Assembly (NCBI RefSeq): GCF_006345805.1
Contig: NC_043010.1
Coordinates: 20,398,001 to 20,462,000, forward strand
DNA length: 64,000 bases
From: Octopus sinensis
Taxonomy: Eukaryota
Direction of reading: 5' to 3'
The stretch's first letter is position 1, and the number at the start of each line of letters is the position of its first letter. Under the pieces are notes generated by a model. The model was given only the letters and a program-made list of their open reading frames with translations, searched no databases and was not told the origin of the DNA. Shown here in pieces: positions 1-12,539 of the stretch. The translations under genes were made by a program, and so were the position numbers.

Positions 1-757
1 GCCAGTACCACCTGGCTAGCCCTCGTGCCGGTGGCACATAAAAAGCACCCACTACACTCTCAGAGTGGCGAGTGTTAGGAAGGTCATCTGGCTGTAGAAA
101 CTTTACCAGATCAGATTGGAGACTGGTGCAGCCTCCTGGCTCACCAGATCTCTGTCAAACTGCCCAGACATTACACAACAATGATGACGGTGGTATATAT
201 ATATATATTTACGTGCGTGTGTTTGTTTGTGTTTGTTCCCTGTGACTGCTTGATAGCCAGCTTTGGTGTGTTTATGTCTCTGTAACTTAGCAGTCTGGCA
301 AAAGAAATCAATAAAGTAAGTTCTAGGCTTAAAAAATATATAACTAGGGTCACTCCATTCAGCTAAACATTCTTCAAGGTGGTATGCCCCAGTATGGTCG
401 CAGTCTAATGACTGAAACAAGTAAAAGATAAAGGATGGATAAATAACAACAATAAAAAGCAAACAACAACAACAGGAACCAAAGAATCTGCTTTGAGAAC
501 GAATATGTTGGAGAGAACGATGAGAAGTTTAGTGAATTGTCAGGAGGACTTATTAAGAATTGCCAATTGAAGAATTAGAAGGGTGTAAAATGGGGTGATG
601 GAATATTAGGGTGGAATTTAAACCAGTAGAATGGGAGTACAGTCGCTAATGAAAGATTATATGGGTGTGTTTGTGTATTTATGTATGTGTTGTGTGAGTT
701 ATGTCCCCCTCCCCCTCGCCATATACACACACACACACACATATATACATGTATATA

Positions 758-2389
758 CAGTGGCGGCCAAAATGTTCAGAACGGCATTGATTTCATCAGA
801 AAAGTAGATATAATTTTTTATCAAAGTTGTTTTATATTCTTTAATTTTCACAGACAATAAATACGATATTATTTGTTATTGCCTGAGATTTTGGTGTAAT
901 TTGAGAGGATAATACAAAAGTTATGGATGATTCAGTGATTTACTGCAAAACCCATGGCGGCCAAAATGATCAGAACAGTTGCTTTTACTCCATGTTTTAG
1001 TATATTTAACCGGCGAACTCTAATGTTTTGAATTTGTTTACGTGACAGTTCGTTTACTAAACATTAGTAAGAATATTTGCAGTGTACTTTGTTAATATAA
1101 TGCCACTTACTCCGTTACCAATTCGTCAGCAGATTATTAAGCTTCGAAGGAAGGATAATTTAAGTATTGGATCTATTGCAAAGATTGTTAACAGTCAAAA
1201 AGTGTTGTACACGGTATTCTTAAGGTCTACGATGATTGTGTTCGTGTGAAGCAAGAAAGTTTACAGGTAGGCCAAGAAAAACGACCAAGAGAGAAGATCG
1301 TGCTATGGTAAAGTTGGTTAAAAAGGACAGATTTAAAACTGCTGCTGCTGTTTCTTGGAAAATGAGCATTGTATTGAAGAAAACTTTATCTCGAAAAACT
1401 GTGTCGCGTCGTTTAGTTGAACATGATCTACAAGCAAGAGTACCTGCAGTGAAGCCACTGATCAGATAGATCCAAGAATAAAAAGTGTCGTCTTACCTTT
1501 GCAACCAAACATGTATTGTGGTCTCAAGAAAAATGGCAAACGGTGCATTTCAGTGATGAATCTAAGTTTATGTTATTTGGCTCAGATGGGAAAAGGTACG
1601 TTCGTAGAAAAGTAGGTGAAAAATTGTCGCCTAAATGCCTTAAGACTCGTGTTAAATTCGGTGAAGGAAGTGTCATGGTTTGGGGGATGATATCTGGAGA
1701 TGGTGTGGGCCCTTTGGTGCGATTACATGGAAAGGTAAATGCAGGAGTTTATAAACAACTTGTAAAAGATCATGTCTTGCCTGTGCTGAGAAATTCAACT
1801 AAGCGACCACCCATATTCATGCAGGACAATGCCCCCATGTCACAAGGCTAAGGTGGTCATGAACTTCCTTAAGGCTGAAAAGGTTATTGTTATGGATTGG
1901 CTTGCTCAAAGCCCAGATCTCAATCCTATTAAAAATGTATGGAATATTCTAGGAGAACGTTCGAAAGCCAGAAATCCTAAAACAACTGAGCAATTATGGA
2001 ATGCCCTTCAGGAAGAATGGAATAAGATCACCCAGCAAGAAATTGAAAATTTAATTTCCTCATGCAGTCAAAGATGTCAGAGTGTGATTGAAGCTAAAGG
2101 GCTTCACACTAAATATTAAATAATTCCAGTATTCTCTGTCATTTTTGATTATTTTGTTATTTTTTCAGCCGTTCTGATCATTTTGGCCGCCATGGGTTTT
2201 GCAGTAAATCACTAAATCATCCATAACTTTTGTATTATCCACTCAAATTACACCAAAATCTCAGACAATAACAATTAATATTTTATTTATTGTTTGTGAA
2301 AATTATAGAATATAAAACAACTTTGATAAAAATTTATACTTACTTTTCTGACGAAAACAATGCCGTTCTGAACATTTTGGCCGCAACTG
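758..2389 (+). mobile_element. Full-length Tc1-family DNA transposon (IR/DR type), inactive
   Basis: TA flanks at 756-757 and 2390-2391. 219-bp terminal inverted repeats at 758-976 and 2171-2389, each with outer and inner 21-bp direct repeats (GGCGGCCAAAATG[T/A]TCAGAAC at 762-782 and 956-976). Internal transposase remnant. Length 1632 bp. Confidence 0.95.
1100..2119 (+). pseudogene. Tc1 DD34E transposase pseudogene (~339 aa ancestral)
   Basis: Reconstruction gives MPLTPLPIRQQII..GRPRKTT..VHFSDESKF..VMVWG..FMQDNAP(C)H..SPDLNPIKNVW..GLHTKY*. 34 residues lie between the second D and the third catalytic position, which is K (AAA) instead of E. Frameshifts at ~1193, ~1240, ~1468 (AGAT duplication) and ~1836. 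Confidence 0.93.
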
Positions 2390-2859
2390 TATGTATGCAT
2401 ATATATATGTATATGCATATCTATCTATCTATCTATCTATATACATACACACACATACACATATTTCACTTTTGTACTTTGCAAGATTCTTGATGTGAAC
2501 TCATGTGTTGAAATAGATTTTGTTGCGTCTTGGAAGAAGCATTACGGCAATAACAAACTTGCACCACACTGAGCATAATGACCCTGCCAAGGTACAGCAA
2601 AATATAAGAAATATACATAAATGCATATGTACATATATATGTTTATATATATGCAATATATATAAACTTATATATATATACATATATGTATATATATACA
2701 TAAATACATATATTATATATATATACATATATTATATACATATGTAATATATATAAACATATATATATATATACATATATGTATATATATACATATATAC
2801 ATATATTATATATATATATATACACACATATATATTATATACATATATTATATACATAT

Positions 2860-2889
<30 letters not shown>

Positions 2890-2891
<2 letters not shown>

Positions 2892-3409
2892 GGGTGCAGT
2901 GAATAAACTGCTGTTTAAATTACGCAAAAATAAAAATAACATTGACATCTCATCTTAACAGATATATTTACCAAAATTACATAAAAATATCTTGAAATAC
3001 TAAAGAGTAAATTTATTCAATAAAATCGCCTTTGGTTCCAACCACAGCCTCCAGACGACTACAGAATTTCCTGCAAATCTTCTGGGCGGTTTAAGTTGGT
3101 GAATGCTGTCATATTCCTTGCCTTGAGATCATCTTTTGTGTTAGAAGCACTGTTGTTGGTCTCTCACTCAACTGCACCCCACACAAAAATCAAAGGGGTT
3201 GCAGTCTGGAGAGTTAGGTGGCCAGATGTTAGGACTTAGGTATATTAGACTTTACAACACTTTAAAAACTTTATAAGAAGTGTTCAAAGTGTCATCCTTC
3301 ATTTTAAATACATAAGTTGACTCTTTTACACATATTTTGAAATACATCTTTTAGCGAGTCTGACACGGTATAGACCATGTGAATGCAGAGAGACTTTTTG
3401 AACACCCTA
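2890..3409 (-). mobile_element. Tc1/mariner remnant: transposase C-terminus (WPPNSPDCNPFD, D-type third residue) with one terminus, joined to a different terminus
   Basis: Minus strand 3234->3013 reads PNIWPPNSPDCNPFD..WGAVE..TKDDLKAR..SRLEAVV..KGDFIE*. Termini are CAGGGTGCAG at 2890 and TAGGGTGTTCAAAAAGTC (reverse complement) ending at 3409, followed by TA. Confidence 0.7.
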
Positions 3410-3440
3410 TATATATATATATATACATGGGTTCGGCTAC

Positions 3441-3483
3441 TCCACATTGATAAGGGGCAAATACCCCGAAACTAGTCTGTGGA
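3441..3483 (+). ncRNA. Minimal type-I hammerhead ribozyme motif, core mutated
   Basis: UCCACA-UUGAUAA-GGGG(CAAAUA)CCCC-GAAA-CUAG-UC-UGUGGA. Stem I 6 bp, stem II 4 bp, palindromic stem III ACUAGU, GUC cleavage triplet. Core UUGAUAA differs from CUGAUGA by two transitions. Confidence 0.75.
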
Positions 3484-5204
3484 TGTTGAATCACCAATGG
3501 GAAGCTGATGACCTCCCCTGTTCGAAGGTTGTAATGGACACAAGTTTGTGTGTCACATAGCCAGCTATAGGTGAGACCTCTTGGCGCTAATCAATGGTAG
3601 CATTCATCCTATTTTTCTGGACTGCCATGTTAGCTTTGTGATTCACGCCAATATATTTATGTATCTATATGTGTGTGTCTATGTGTCTGCTGTGTTTGTC
3701 CTCTGCGATCACTTGACAACTGATGGTAATGTGTTTACATCCTGGTCACTTAATGGTTTGATAAAATAAGTGCTGGGGTTGATTTGTTCAGCTAAAAATT
3801 CTGCAAGGCAGTACCCCAGCATGGCCACAGTCTAATAACTGAAACAGGATAAAAAGATGAAAGAGAAAAGATAAGACTACATTGAGGCCTGGTTGTGTGG
3901 TAAGAAGTTTGCTTCCCAACCACATGGTTCTAGGCTCAGTTCCACTGCATGGCACTTTGGGCAAGTGTCTTTTACTATAGCCTTGGGCCAACCAAGCCTT
4001 GTGAGTGGAGATGGTAGACAGAAACTGAAAGAAGTCTGTCGTATATATATATATCATCATCATCATCATCTATTTTCCATGCTGGTATGGGTTGGACGGA
4101 TATATATATAACCAGCCGAAATTGCAAAGATAATCTGGAACTCAACTGAGGAAAGAAAACTCCGAATGACTCGTTATTGTTTCCTTGTATCATCTTGTAT
4201 CACATGTTTTGTGTTCTCCCATTTTTGTATTTCATATATATATATATGAGTATGTGTGCATGTATATATATATATATTATATATATATATATATATACAC
4301 ACAGACATATATGTATGTATTTTTGTGTGTGTGTGTCTGTGTTTGACCCCCCCCCCCATCACTTGACAATTGATACTGGTGTGTTTACATACCCATAACT
4401 TAGAGGTTCGGCAAAAGAGATTGATAGAATAAGTACTGGGCTTGATTTCTTTGACTAAAACCCTTTAAGACAGTGCTCCAGCATGGCCGCAGTCAAATGA
4501 CTGAAACAAGTACAAGAAAGAGTACGCAGCACCGTACATTAGTGTTGGGTCAACTAAGTACAGTTGACAAGCAGGAAGCAGTACAGAGCCAAAAGTACTT
4601 AAAATTCTATGTTTGTCACTCACCAAAACAAGGATATATCAAGAACTGCACTAACTTCAGAACCGACAGAGTGTCAGTTGATAGTTCACATCCGTAATTG
4701 AAAGACAAAGCAAACTGCTTTCCATTAGAGTTGATGCCATGCACGGCCTTGAAAGGTTTTAGTTGAAGAAATCAACCCCCAGGACATTTTTTAAAGCCTG
4801 GTACTTATTTTATCAGTCTCTTTTCTTGAACTGCTACGTTATGGGGATGTAAACACACCAACATCGGTTGTCAAGTGGTGGTGGGTGACAAACACAAGCA
4901 CAAAGTTGCACACACATAGATATATACGGCATGATGAAAGCACCATTCAAGCGTGATCGTTACCAGCGTTGTCTTACTGGCACTTGTGCTAGTGGCACAT
5001 GAAAAAACATTCGAGCAAGGTCGTTGCCAGTGCCGCTGGACTGGCTCCTGTGCAGGTGACACGTAAAAAACACCTTTGAGCATGGCCGTTGCCATGAAAA
5101 ACTAAAATCCACTGTAGAGCAGTTGTTGTCCATTATAAAATGAATGCTTCATTTGACAAAAGATCGAGACAGAAACAGAAAGAGAGAGCAAGGCATTGTC
5201 AAAT

Positions 5205-5470
5205 GGTGGTTTCTTAATGTGATCCACTGAAAACAATTCTGTGAAACATAAAAAGTCTCAGTAAATATCTTCAAGGAAATGCCGAACATGTTATCATAAC
5301 AAGAGGAACAGTTAAAACCCTCAAAGAAACCTGTGTTTACTAAAGAAATAAAGAAAACTTTGAAAGAATTTGGAAAAACACTGCAAAGTTGAGAGAAACT
5401 ATAAAGGAAGTCATTCGATGCAAATGGTTCCCCTTCAAAGAAATAAGGCTGTCTCAAAGAAAAAAGGTAA
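5205..5470 (+). pseudogene. Possible degraded hAT-family (ZMYM1-like) transposase fragment
   Basis: Broken translation LSKYLQGNAEHVIITRGTVKTLKE..ENFERIWKNTAKLRETIKEVIRCKWFPFKEIR resembles the hAT segment as I recall it (LSKYLQG..F..IW). Stops and frameshifts present. Confidence 0.4.
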
Positions 5471-6004
5471 AAAGATGACTTGCTGGTAGATGATGAAAAA
5501 ATTTTGCTTTGGATGTATTTTTTGCAAGAACGGGGCTCTGTTTTACACAGTTCAACAGGTTTTCAGTCAGTGAAATATGTTCTCAAAGGAAATTTCATTG
5601 CAGACCCACACAAGTGAATGAGTGAAAAACGAAATAGGAATTTTGAAAGAAGTATCTATAAAACAAGGTTTTAAGTGTCGAATAACTGTGGGGTCCACCA
5701 GAATAAAATAGTAATCAAAAGGGCCCATTATTAAAAAATGATTGAAACTATGCCTAGGTGCCAAATATTTTAGTGTGGATAAGGTCAATGTAGAAATGTT
5801 ATCAAGGTAGGTGCAGGTATTACCATGTGGTTAGAAGCTTGTTTCTCAACCTCATGGTTCTCGGTTCAATTTCACTGTATGGCCCCTTGGGCAAGTGTCT
5901 TTTACTATAGCCTTGGGCTCACCAAAGCCTTGTGAGTGGATTTGGTAGATGGAAACTGAAAAGAAGCCCATCATATATATATATCTCTTTCTCTTTTCTT
6001 TTCT

Positions 6005-6418
6005 CTTTTACTTGTTTCAGTCATTTGACTGCGGCCATGCTGGAGCACCGCCTTTAGTCGAGCAAATCGACCCCGGGACTTATTCTTTGTAAGCCCAGTA
6101 CTTATTCTATCGGTCTCTTTTGCCGAACCGCTAAGTGACGGGGACGTAAACATACACCAGCATCGGTTGTCAAGCAAGGCTAGGGGGACAAACACAAACA
6201 CACAAACACACACACACATACATATATATATATACATATATATACATATATATACGACAGGCTTCTTTCAGTTTCCATCTACCAAATCCACTCACAAGGC
6301 ATTGGTCGGCCCCGGGGCTATAGCAGAAGACATTTGCCCAAGATGCCACGCAGTGGGATTGAACCCAGAACCATGTGGTTGGTTAGCAAGCTACTTACCA
6401 CACAGCCACTCCTGCGCC
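6005..6418 (-). mobile_element. tRNA-derived SINE, family A (representative full copy)
   Basis: Head has A-box TGGCTGTGTGG and B-box GGTTCAATCCC, then a central (TA/CA)n and a 3' part ending CAGTCAAATGACTGAAACAAGTAAAAG. Further full or partial copies near 3890, 4320, 5815, 9920, 11405, 18900, 26050, 27250, 46550, 52400, 52760, 60350, 61255, 62410 and 63700. Confidence 0.85.
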
Positions 6419-6477
6419 TATATATATATATATTATTTACATTTGATGGTTTATTTGTTCTCATCTTGTTTGTTGTT

Positions 6478-6523
6478 AACACAACGTTTCGGCTGATGCA
6501 CCCTACAGCTTTCATCAGGTGTC
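6478..6523 (-). ncRNA. Minimal type-I hammerhead ribozyme motif
   Basis: GACAC-CUGAUGA-A-AGCUG(UAGGGUGCAU)CAGCC-GAAA-CGUU-GUGUU. Intact core, palindromic AACGUU stem III, GUU site, A-C mismatch at the base of stem II. Confidence 0.75.
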
Positions 6524-6599
6524 TTGGGGAAATTTCGAACCTGGGTTCTCATTCTTAAGGTATTTTTCAAATGAGAACCCAGGTTCAAAATTTCCTAAA

Positions 6600-6645
6600 G
6601 ACACCTGATGAAGGCTGGAGGGTATATCAGCCGAAATATTGTGTT
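6600..6645 (+). ncRNA. Minimal type-I hammerhead ribozyme motif
   Basis: GACAC-CUGAUGA-A-GGCUG(GAGGGUAUAU)CAGCC-GAAA-UAUU-GUGUU. Intact core, 5-bp stems I and II, stem III still palindromic (AAUAUU), predicted cut after 6640. Confidence 0.78.
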
Positions 6646-7779
6646 AACAACAAATAAGATGACAATAAATATCCATCAAATGTAAATAATGTACATAATT
6701 CCTCATCTCTTAAATATAGAACTGTAATAAACACACACACACACACACACACATATATATGTACATACATATATATATAAGCAGTTAATACCAAAATACT
6801 AAGAAGGAAAATTTTGCAGTGCACACAAAATTGCAGCAGAAACATATGTTGGTGTAGAGGTAGAAAGACATGATTGACAGCAGAATAAAACTGGATGTAT
6901 AAATCTCTGTTCCCCTTATTAATTATTTATTACACACACACACACACGCACGCACGCATGTGTGTGTGTGTGCGTTTGTGTCAGTGTATGTCCCCCACCA
7001 CTGCTTGACAACCGAAGTTGGTGTGTTTACATCCCCGTAACTTAGCAGTTCAGTTAAAGTGACCAACAGGATAAGTACCAGGTTTTAAAAAAAAACCCCA
7101 GAAAATACAAGTTCTGGGGTCAATTCATTCGACTATAAATTCTTTAAGGTGGTGCCCAAGTATGGCCACAGTCTATTAACTGAAAGGAGCGAAAGATAAA
7201 AGATGAAAAAAAAACATATAATGGTAATTCCCAAGACATATTTCACACAGTCAACCATATCATCGTCATTAATCCTGATATGTTTAATGATTCTGATAAG
7301 AATTAGGATCTTGTTGTATCCCATTATGGTGGTGATCTGGATCTTTTAAGGGCAGAAAAAGAAATCTGCTTAAAGTTGGTTATGAATTATAAGCATCGTT
7401 TGGGTTCACAGGCAACTGCAACTGGTGTTGTTGGAGCTGAATTGAAGAACAATCCTCATGGCATCCTGCCAAGCTTTACCAAAAGTGTTGATACCATTGC
7501 AACCATTCTCACTGCATTATATTGTGCAGGGCAATCCTTCAGTAACTTCCGGGGAGTATTATATTTGTTCAGCCATTGACAGGGATATTATGTGGAAGGA
7601 CATTTTGAATCAACCCCCAGCTCTTATTTTATCAAACCATTAAGCGACCAGGACGTAAACACACTATCATCGGGTGTCAAGTGATCGCAGAGGACAAACA
7701 CAGCAGACACACAGACACACACATATAGATACATAAATATATATGTGCGTATTATGAGCAAGGAGATTATGTGGAACAA

Positions 7780-8014
7780 AAAGATGGGGCATAGTGTGTA
7801 TAACTGTGGTCAATCAATTCAATAGATGCTTGGAAGGTTCTGCTGCAGGTCAGGCACCGGTGGTCTGTTGGGACAGAAGGCAAGGAGTTGGCTCTGGACT
7901 TGAGAAGTTTGAATTTTCTTTCTCTCCCTGCAATCCTGTCCTTTTCAAAGGAGACAGCACCTCTGCTGGTGCATCAGGCTAAATCTCAAAGCTTTTCAGT
8001 GAGGCTCTGAGTGT
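7780..8014 (-). mobile_element. RTE (BovB-like) LINE C-terminal fragment
   Basis: Minus strand reads ..RGAVSFEKDRIAGRERKFKLLKSRANSLPSVPTDHRCLTCSRTFQASIELIDHSYTH, matching the RTE C-terminal C2H2-like motif (C..C.RTF.A.IGL.SH.RTH). Confidence 0.65.
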
Positions 8015-8114
8015 NNNNNNNNNNNNNNNNNNNNNNNNNNNNNNNNNNNNNNNNNNNNNNNNNNNNNNNNNNNNNNNNNNNNNNNNNNNNNNNNNNNNNN
8101 NNNNNNNNNNNNNN
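8015..8114. other. Assembly gap (100 N)
   Basis: Run of exactly 100 N. Confidence 1.
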
Positions 8115-9305
8115 TCTTGTGACACTTGTGAAGACCTGTTGAGGCAAGTGATCAATCGAAACAAATCAAAATAGATGAACATCAATGGAATTTGTATCTT
8201 TGTGGTACCAGGGCCGGTGGCACACAAGATAACCATCCGAACATGGCCGTAGCCAGTACCGCATCGACTGGCCTCTGTGCTGTGGGCTCATAACAAACAC
8301 CATCCGATTGTGGCCGTTCGCCAGCCTCATCTGGCACCTGTGTCGGTGGCACATAAAAACACCATCCGAAGACCCGGCAAGACTAGTCAGGCCATAACTC
8401 GTGGCCCCAACCTGGGACGTAGTCAGTCCACCTGTGCATACCTTCCTTCTTGTGACACTTGTGAAGACCTTTTGAGGCAAGTGAAAGTGAAAATCAAAAT
8501 AAAATAGATGAACATCAATGGAATTTGTATCTTTATGGTACCAGTGCTGGTGGCACACAAGAATACCATCCGAACGTGGCCGTAGCCAGTACCGCATCGA
8601 CTGGCCTCCGTGCTGTGGGCACGTAACAAACACCATCCATCTGGCACCTGTGTCGAGGCACAAAAAACATCATCCGAAGACCCGGCAAGACTAGTCAGGC
8701 CATAACCCGTGGCCCCTACCTGGGACGTTGTTCAGTTCACCTGTGCATACCTTCCTTCCTTCTTGTGACACTTGTGAAGACCTGTTGAGCAAGTGAAAAT
8801 CAAATCAAATCAAATCAAAATAGATGAACATCAATGGAATTTGTATCTTTGTGGTACCAGTGCCGGTGGCACACAAGAAAACCATCTGAACGTGGCCGTA
8901 GCCAGTACCGCATCGACTGGCCTCCGTGCTGTGGGCACGTAAGAAACACCATCCGAACGTGGCCGTTCGTCAGCCTCGTCTGGCACCTGTGTCGGTGGCA
9001 CATAAAAACACCATCCGAGCGTGGCCGTTCGCCAGCCTCGTCTGGCACCTGTGTCGGTGGCACATAAAAACACCATCCGAGCGTGGCCGTTCGCCAGCCT
9101 CGTCTGGCACCTGTGTCGGTGGCACATAAAATCACCCACTACACTCTCGAGTGGTTGGCGTTAGGAAGGGCATCCAGCTGTAGAAACACTGCCAGATCTG
9201 ACTGGCCTGGTGCAGCCTTCGGGCTCCCCAGACCCCAGTTGAACCGTCCAACCCATGCTAGCATGGAAAGCGGACGTTAAATGATGATGATGATGATGAT
9301 GATGA
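8115..9305 (+). repeat. Tandemly amplified RTE-type 3' region: three ~313-333-bp units, three 62-bp subunits, then the conserved tail and (GAT)n
   Basis: TCTTGTGACACTTGTGAAGACC starts at 8115, 8448 and 8761. CACCATCCGA..GGCACATAAAAA starts at 8947, 9009 and 9071. Ends with the GGTTGGCGTTAGGAAGGGCATCCAGC tail. Confidence 0.8.
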
Positions 9306-9323
9306 TATATATAATATATTATT

Positions 9324-9365
<42 letters not shown>

Positions 9366-9771
9366 ATATTATATATATATTATATATGTATAGTTCAATT
9401 TGAAGACTCCACTAGAATGGGAGAAAGCCCTATATTGATATATGATGTTAAAAACATGTAACATACTAATAAATATCTGTAAATATAAACCATTTGAATT
9501 TCTGAGTACCTTATTTCTTAATATAAAATACCTGTACATCATCTCCAAACCTAATATATATATATAATTAATATATATATATATATAATATATTATGTAT
9601 ATATATTATATAATATATATTATAATCAAAATAAGCAACAAGGATATCCAGAGGTAATGCTGCTTATTTTGATTATAATCACTCCATTTTGAATTATATG
9701 GATAATACCATACTAAATTCTGGTGCCTTTAACTTAAGTACCATATTCAACTGAATCTAAATTTTACTGAA

Positions 9772-9806
<35 letters not shown>

Positions 9807-10179
9807 AAAATTCAGGATACAATATGTACCTGTTTGCTTGAAAGAGGAGTTAAAATCCTTCGAAACCACACATCTCTCACTATATGTAAACATGCATGGA
9901 GAATATTCTATTTATTTCCTTTTTACTTGTTTCAGTCATTTGACTGCGGCCATGCTGGTGCACCGCCTTTAGTCGAAGAAATTGACCCTAGGACTTATTC
10001 TTTGTAAGCCTACTACTTATTCTATCGTTCTCTTTTGCTGAACCACTAAGTTACAGGGATGTAAACACACCAGCATCGGTTGTCAAGCGATATTGGGGGA
10101 CAAACACAGACACACAAACATACACACACACACACACACATATATATATACATGTATACGACGGGCTTCTTCCAGTAGC

Positions 10180-10350
10180 CGTATTTCGTCCGCCGTTACG
10201 TTCTGAGTTCAAATTCCGCCGAGGTTGACTTTGCCTTTCATCCTTTCGGGGTCGATAAATAAAGTACCAGTTACGCACTGGGGTCGATGTAATCGACTTA
10301 ATCCCTTTGTCTGTCCTTGTTTGTCCCCTCTATGTTTAGCCCCTTGTGGG
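10180..10350 (+). mobile_element. SINE family B (representative)
   Basis: Shared core GAGTTCAAATTCCGCCGAGGT(C/T)GACTTTGCCTTTCATCCTTTCGGGGTCGATAAAT. Other copies near 11090, 11260, 23120, 23850, 24180, 46070-46380 and 49090, on both strands. Confidence 0.8.
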
Positions 10351-10411
10351 CAGTAAAGAAATATATATATATGTGTATGTATGTATATATACATATATAA
10401 AGACATGTGTG

Positions 10412-10442
<31 letters not shown>

Positions 10443-12539
10443 ATGTATATACACACACACACACACACATATATATATGTATCTATCTTTCCATTTAACT
10501 ATATATACATAGATAAATAGCGATAGATAGGCATAGAGATAGGTATAGAGTGAGGTAGCTATACATGTACAACTTCTGCATACCTCACACGACAATGCAA
10601 CTAGAAACAAGCTATAAATATATAAAGAATGTCTTGGCTGTGTTAATCAAGCTCTCCCTGTATTATTGAGTTGGCAGACCTGTTTATTGCTGTTTCCATT
10701 GTGTGACAATCATATTTTTACCTGGGGATTAGACATGCAATCATATTTCTTTAATATTCTCTTACTTAACTTCATCACACATACATAGCATTCTTCCTTT
10801 AATATCATTAAAATCACCAACACACTACACACTCGTCAGCAAGAGGAAGCCGCTGTGTGATGAATGCACCTGCTAGAAATAGCAGCTAAATCTCTCTCAA
10901 GTTACATCGTACCATCTTTACAAAAATGAAAGACCATATTGGATGATGTGGTGCTGCTAAATAAACAATCCAGCTGTGACCATCCCATAAAGATGGGATG
11001 GTCATGATTGGAATGCTCTATGATGGAATTACACAGTAACATCAACAACTATCTTAATAGTTCTTTCTAATGAAGGCAAAAGGCCTGAAATTTTGGAAGA
11101 GGAATAAGTTGATTACATTGGTCCCAGTGCATAACTGGTACTTATTTCATCAATGCTGAAAGGATGAACGACAAAGTTGCCCTTGGTGGAATTTGAACTC
11201 AATACATAAAGACAGGTGAAATGCCGCAAAACATTTTAATAATGATTTCAAATTTTAGCACAAGGCCAGAAATTTTGGGGTGAAAGGGCTAGGTCGATTA
11301 CCTCAACCCCAGGGCTCAACTGGTATTTATTTTAATGACCCCAAAAGGATGAAAGGCCAAGTCAACCCTGGAGGAATTTGAAATCAGAACATAACTATAC
11401 GTACAGGTGTGGCTGTGTGGTAAGAAGCTTGTTTCCCAACCACATGGCTCCGGGTTCAGTTCTACTGCATGAGCAAGTGTCTTCTACTATAGCCTCAGGC
11501 CAACCAAGGCCTTGTGAGTGGATTTGGTTGACGGAAACTGAAAGAAGCTCGTCGTATATGTGTGTGTGAATGTGTGTGTGTGTTTGCATGTGTGTCTGTG
11601 TCTGTCCCCCACAATCACTTGATAACCAATGTTGGTGTGTTTATGTCCTATAACTTAGTGGTTCGGTAAAAGAGGTTGACACAGAATAAGTCCTGGGGGC
11701 GATTTGTTCGCCTAAAGGCAGTGTTCCAGCATGGCCGCAGTCAAGTTAAAGAATAGGCAAAGAAAAGCTGCTAAGCATTCTGCCCAGTGGTCTAACAATT
11801 CTGCCGACCTGTTTGCCTTACATCGACCTTAACAATGACAACAGCAACAATAACAACCTCAACTACAACAACAACATTAATTACAACTTCAGCAACAAAA
11901 ACTACAACAACAACAACCATAACAACAATAACAACAACATCAGCGGCAACGATCTATATCAGCTATTAACTTTTCATGTTTTACAAAATGAAATTTCAAA
12001 GCCCAATTCAGTATTAAAGAATTAAAGAATTAAAGAAAGAATAAAAGAATTAAAGAATTAAAGAATGAAGTTGGACAGTGAAAAGAGCTAACAGATTTTT
12101 TTCATCTAAAACCTTTGTAAATTTACAGATGTATAAACAAACTATTTTGGTGTTATAGTCTCACACTTGATAAGTCAATAGGAAATGTATTGATTGGTTG
12201 ACAATGGGGGAGAGAAAGCATCAATTGTGTTCCAGTTGTTCTTTTGCATAATTACAATGTGTTGCATAATGGTTCAAGCTTATCGTACAATAGCATCATC
12301 TGTTGCTTTGGTTTAATGCTTTAGTCTGTTGGCTATGGTCACTGCGAGGTTTGGCTGCCCATTCTTGTAGGTCCCACCAGGAAACCCGCAGAGCAGAGGT
12401 GGTGAATGTTAACAGCACCAGGCGCAGATTGGAAATGGATAAGAATCTGTTGGGGTCTATCTGTTCTGAGTAAAACAAAGAGTTCTTAATAGTTTCTAAT
12501 TCTTAGGTCTGTGACTGTTATTAAAGTACTGTTTTGGTC

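Larger units (their letters stand above)
6432..6690. repeat. Fold-back inverted duplication (~122-bp arms, 16-nt spacer) of a hammerhead-bearing repeat
   Basis: 6432-6553 is the reverse complement of 6570-6690 with scattered mismatches. Confidence 0.9.

Noticed and set aside
8947-9135. Regular 62-bp repeats resembling a CRISPR array
   Set aside because: Contiguous tandem units with no unique spacers, in eukaryotic RTE-derived sequence, with no cas genes.
9621-9677. 17-bp inverted repeat
   Set aside because: Short and AT-rich, probably a truncated repeat inversion, with no ribozyme or TIR evidence.
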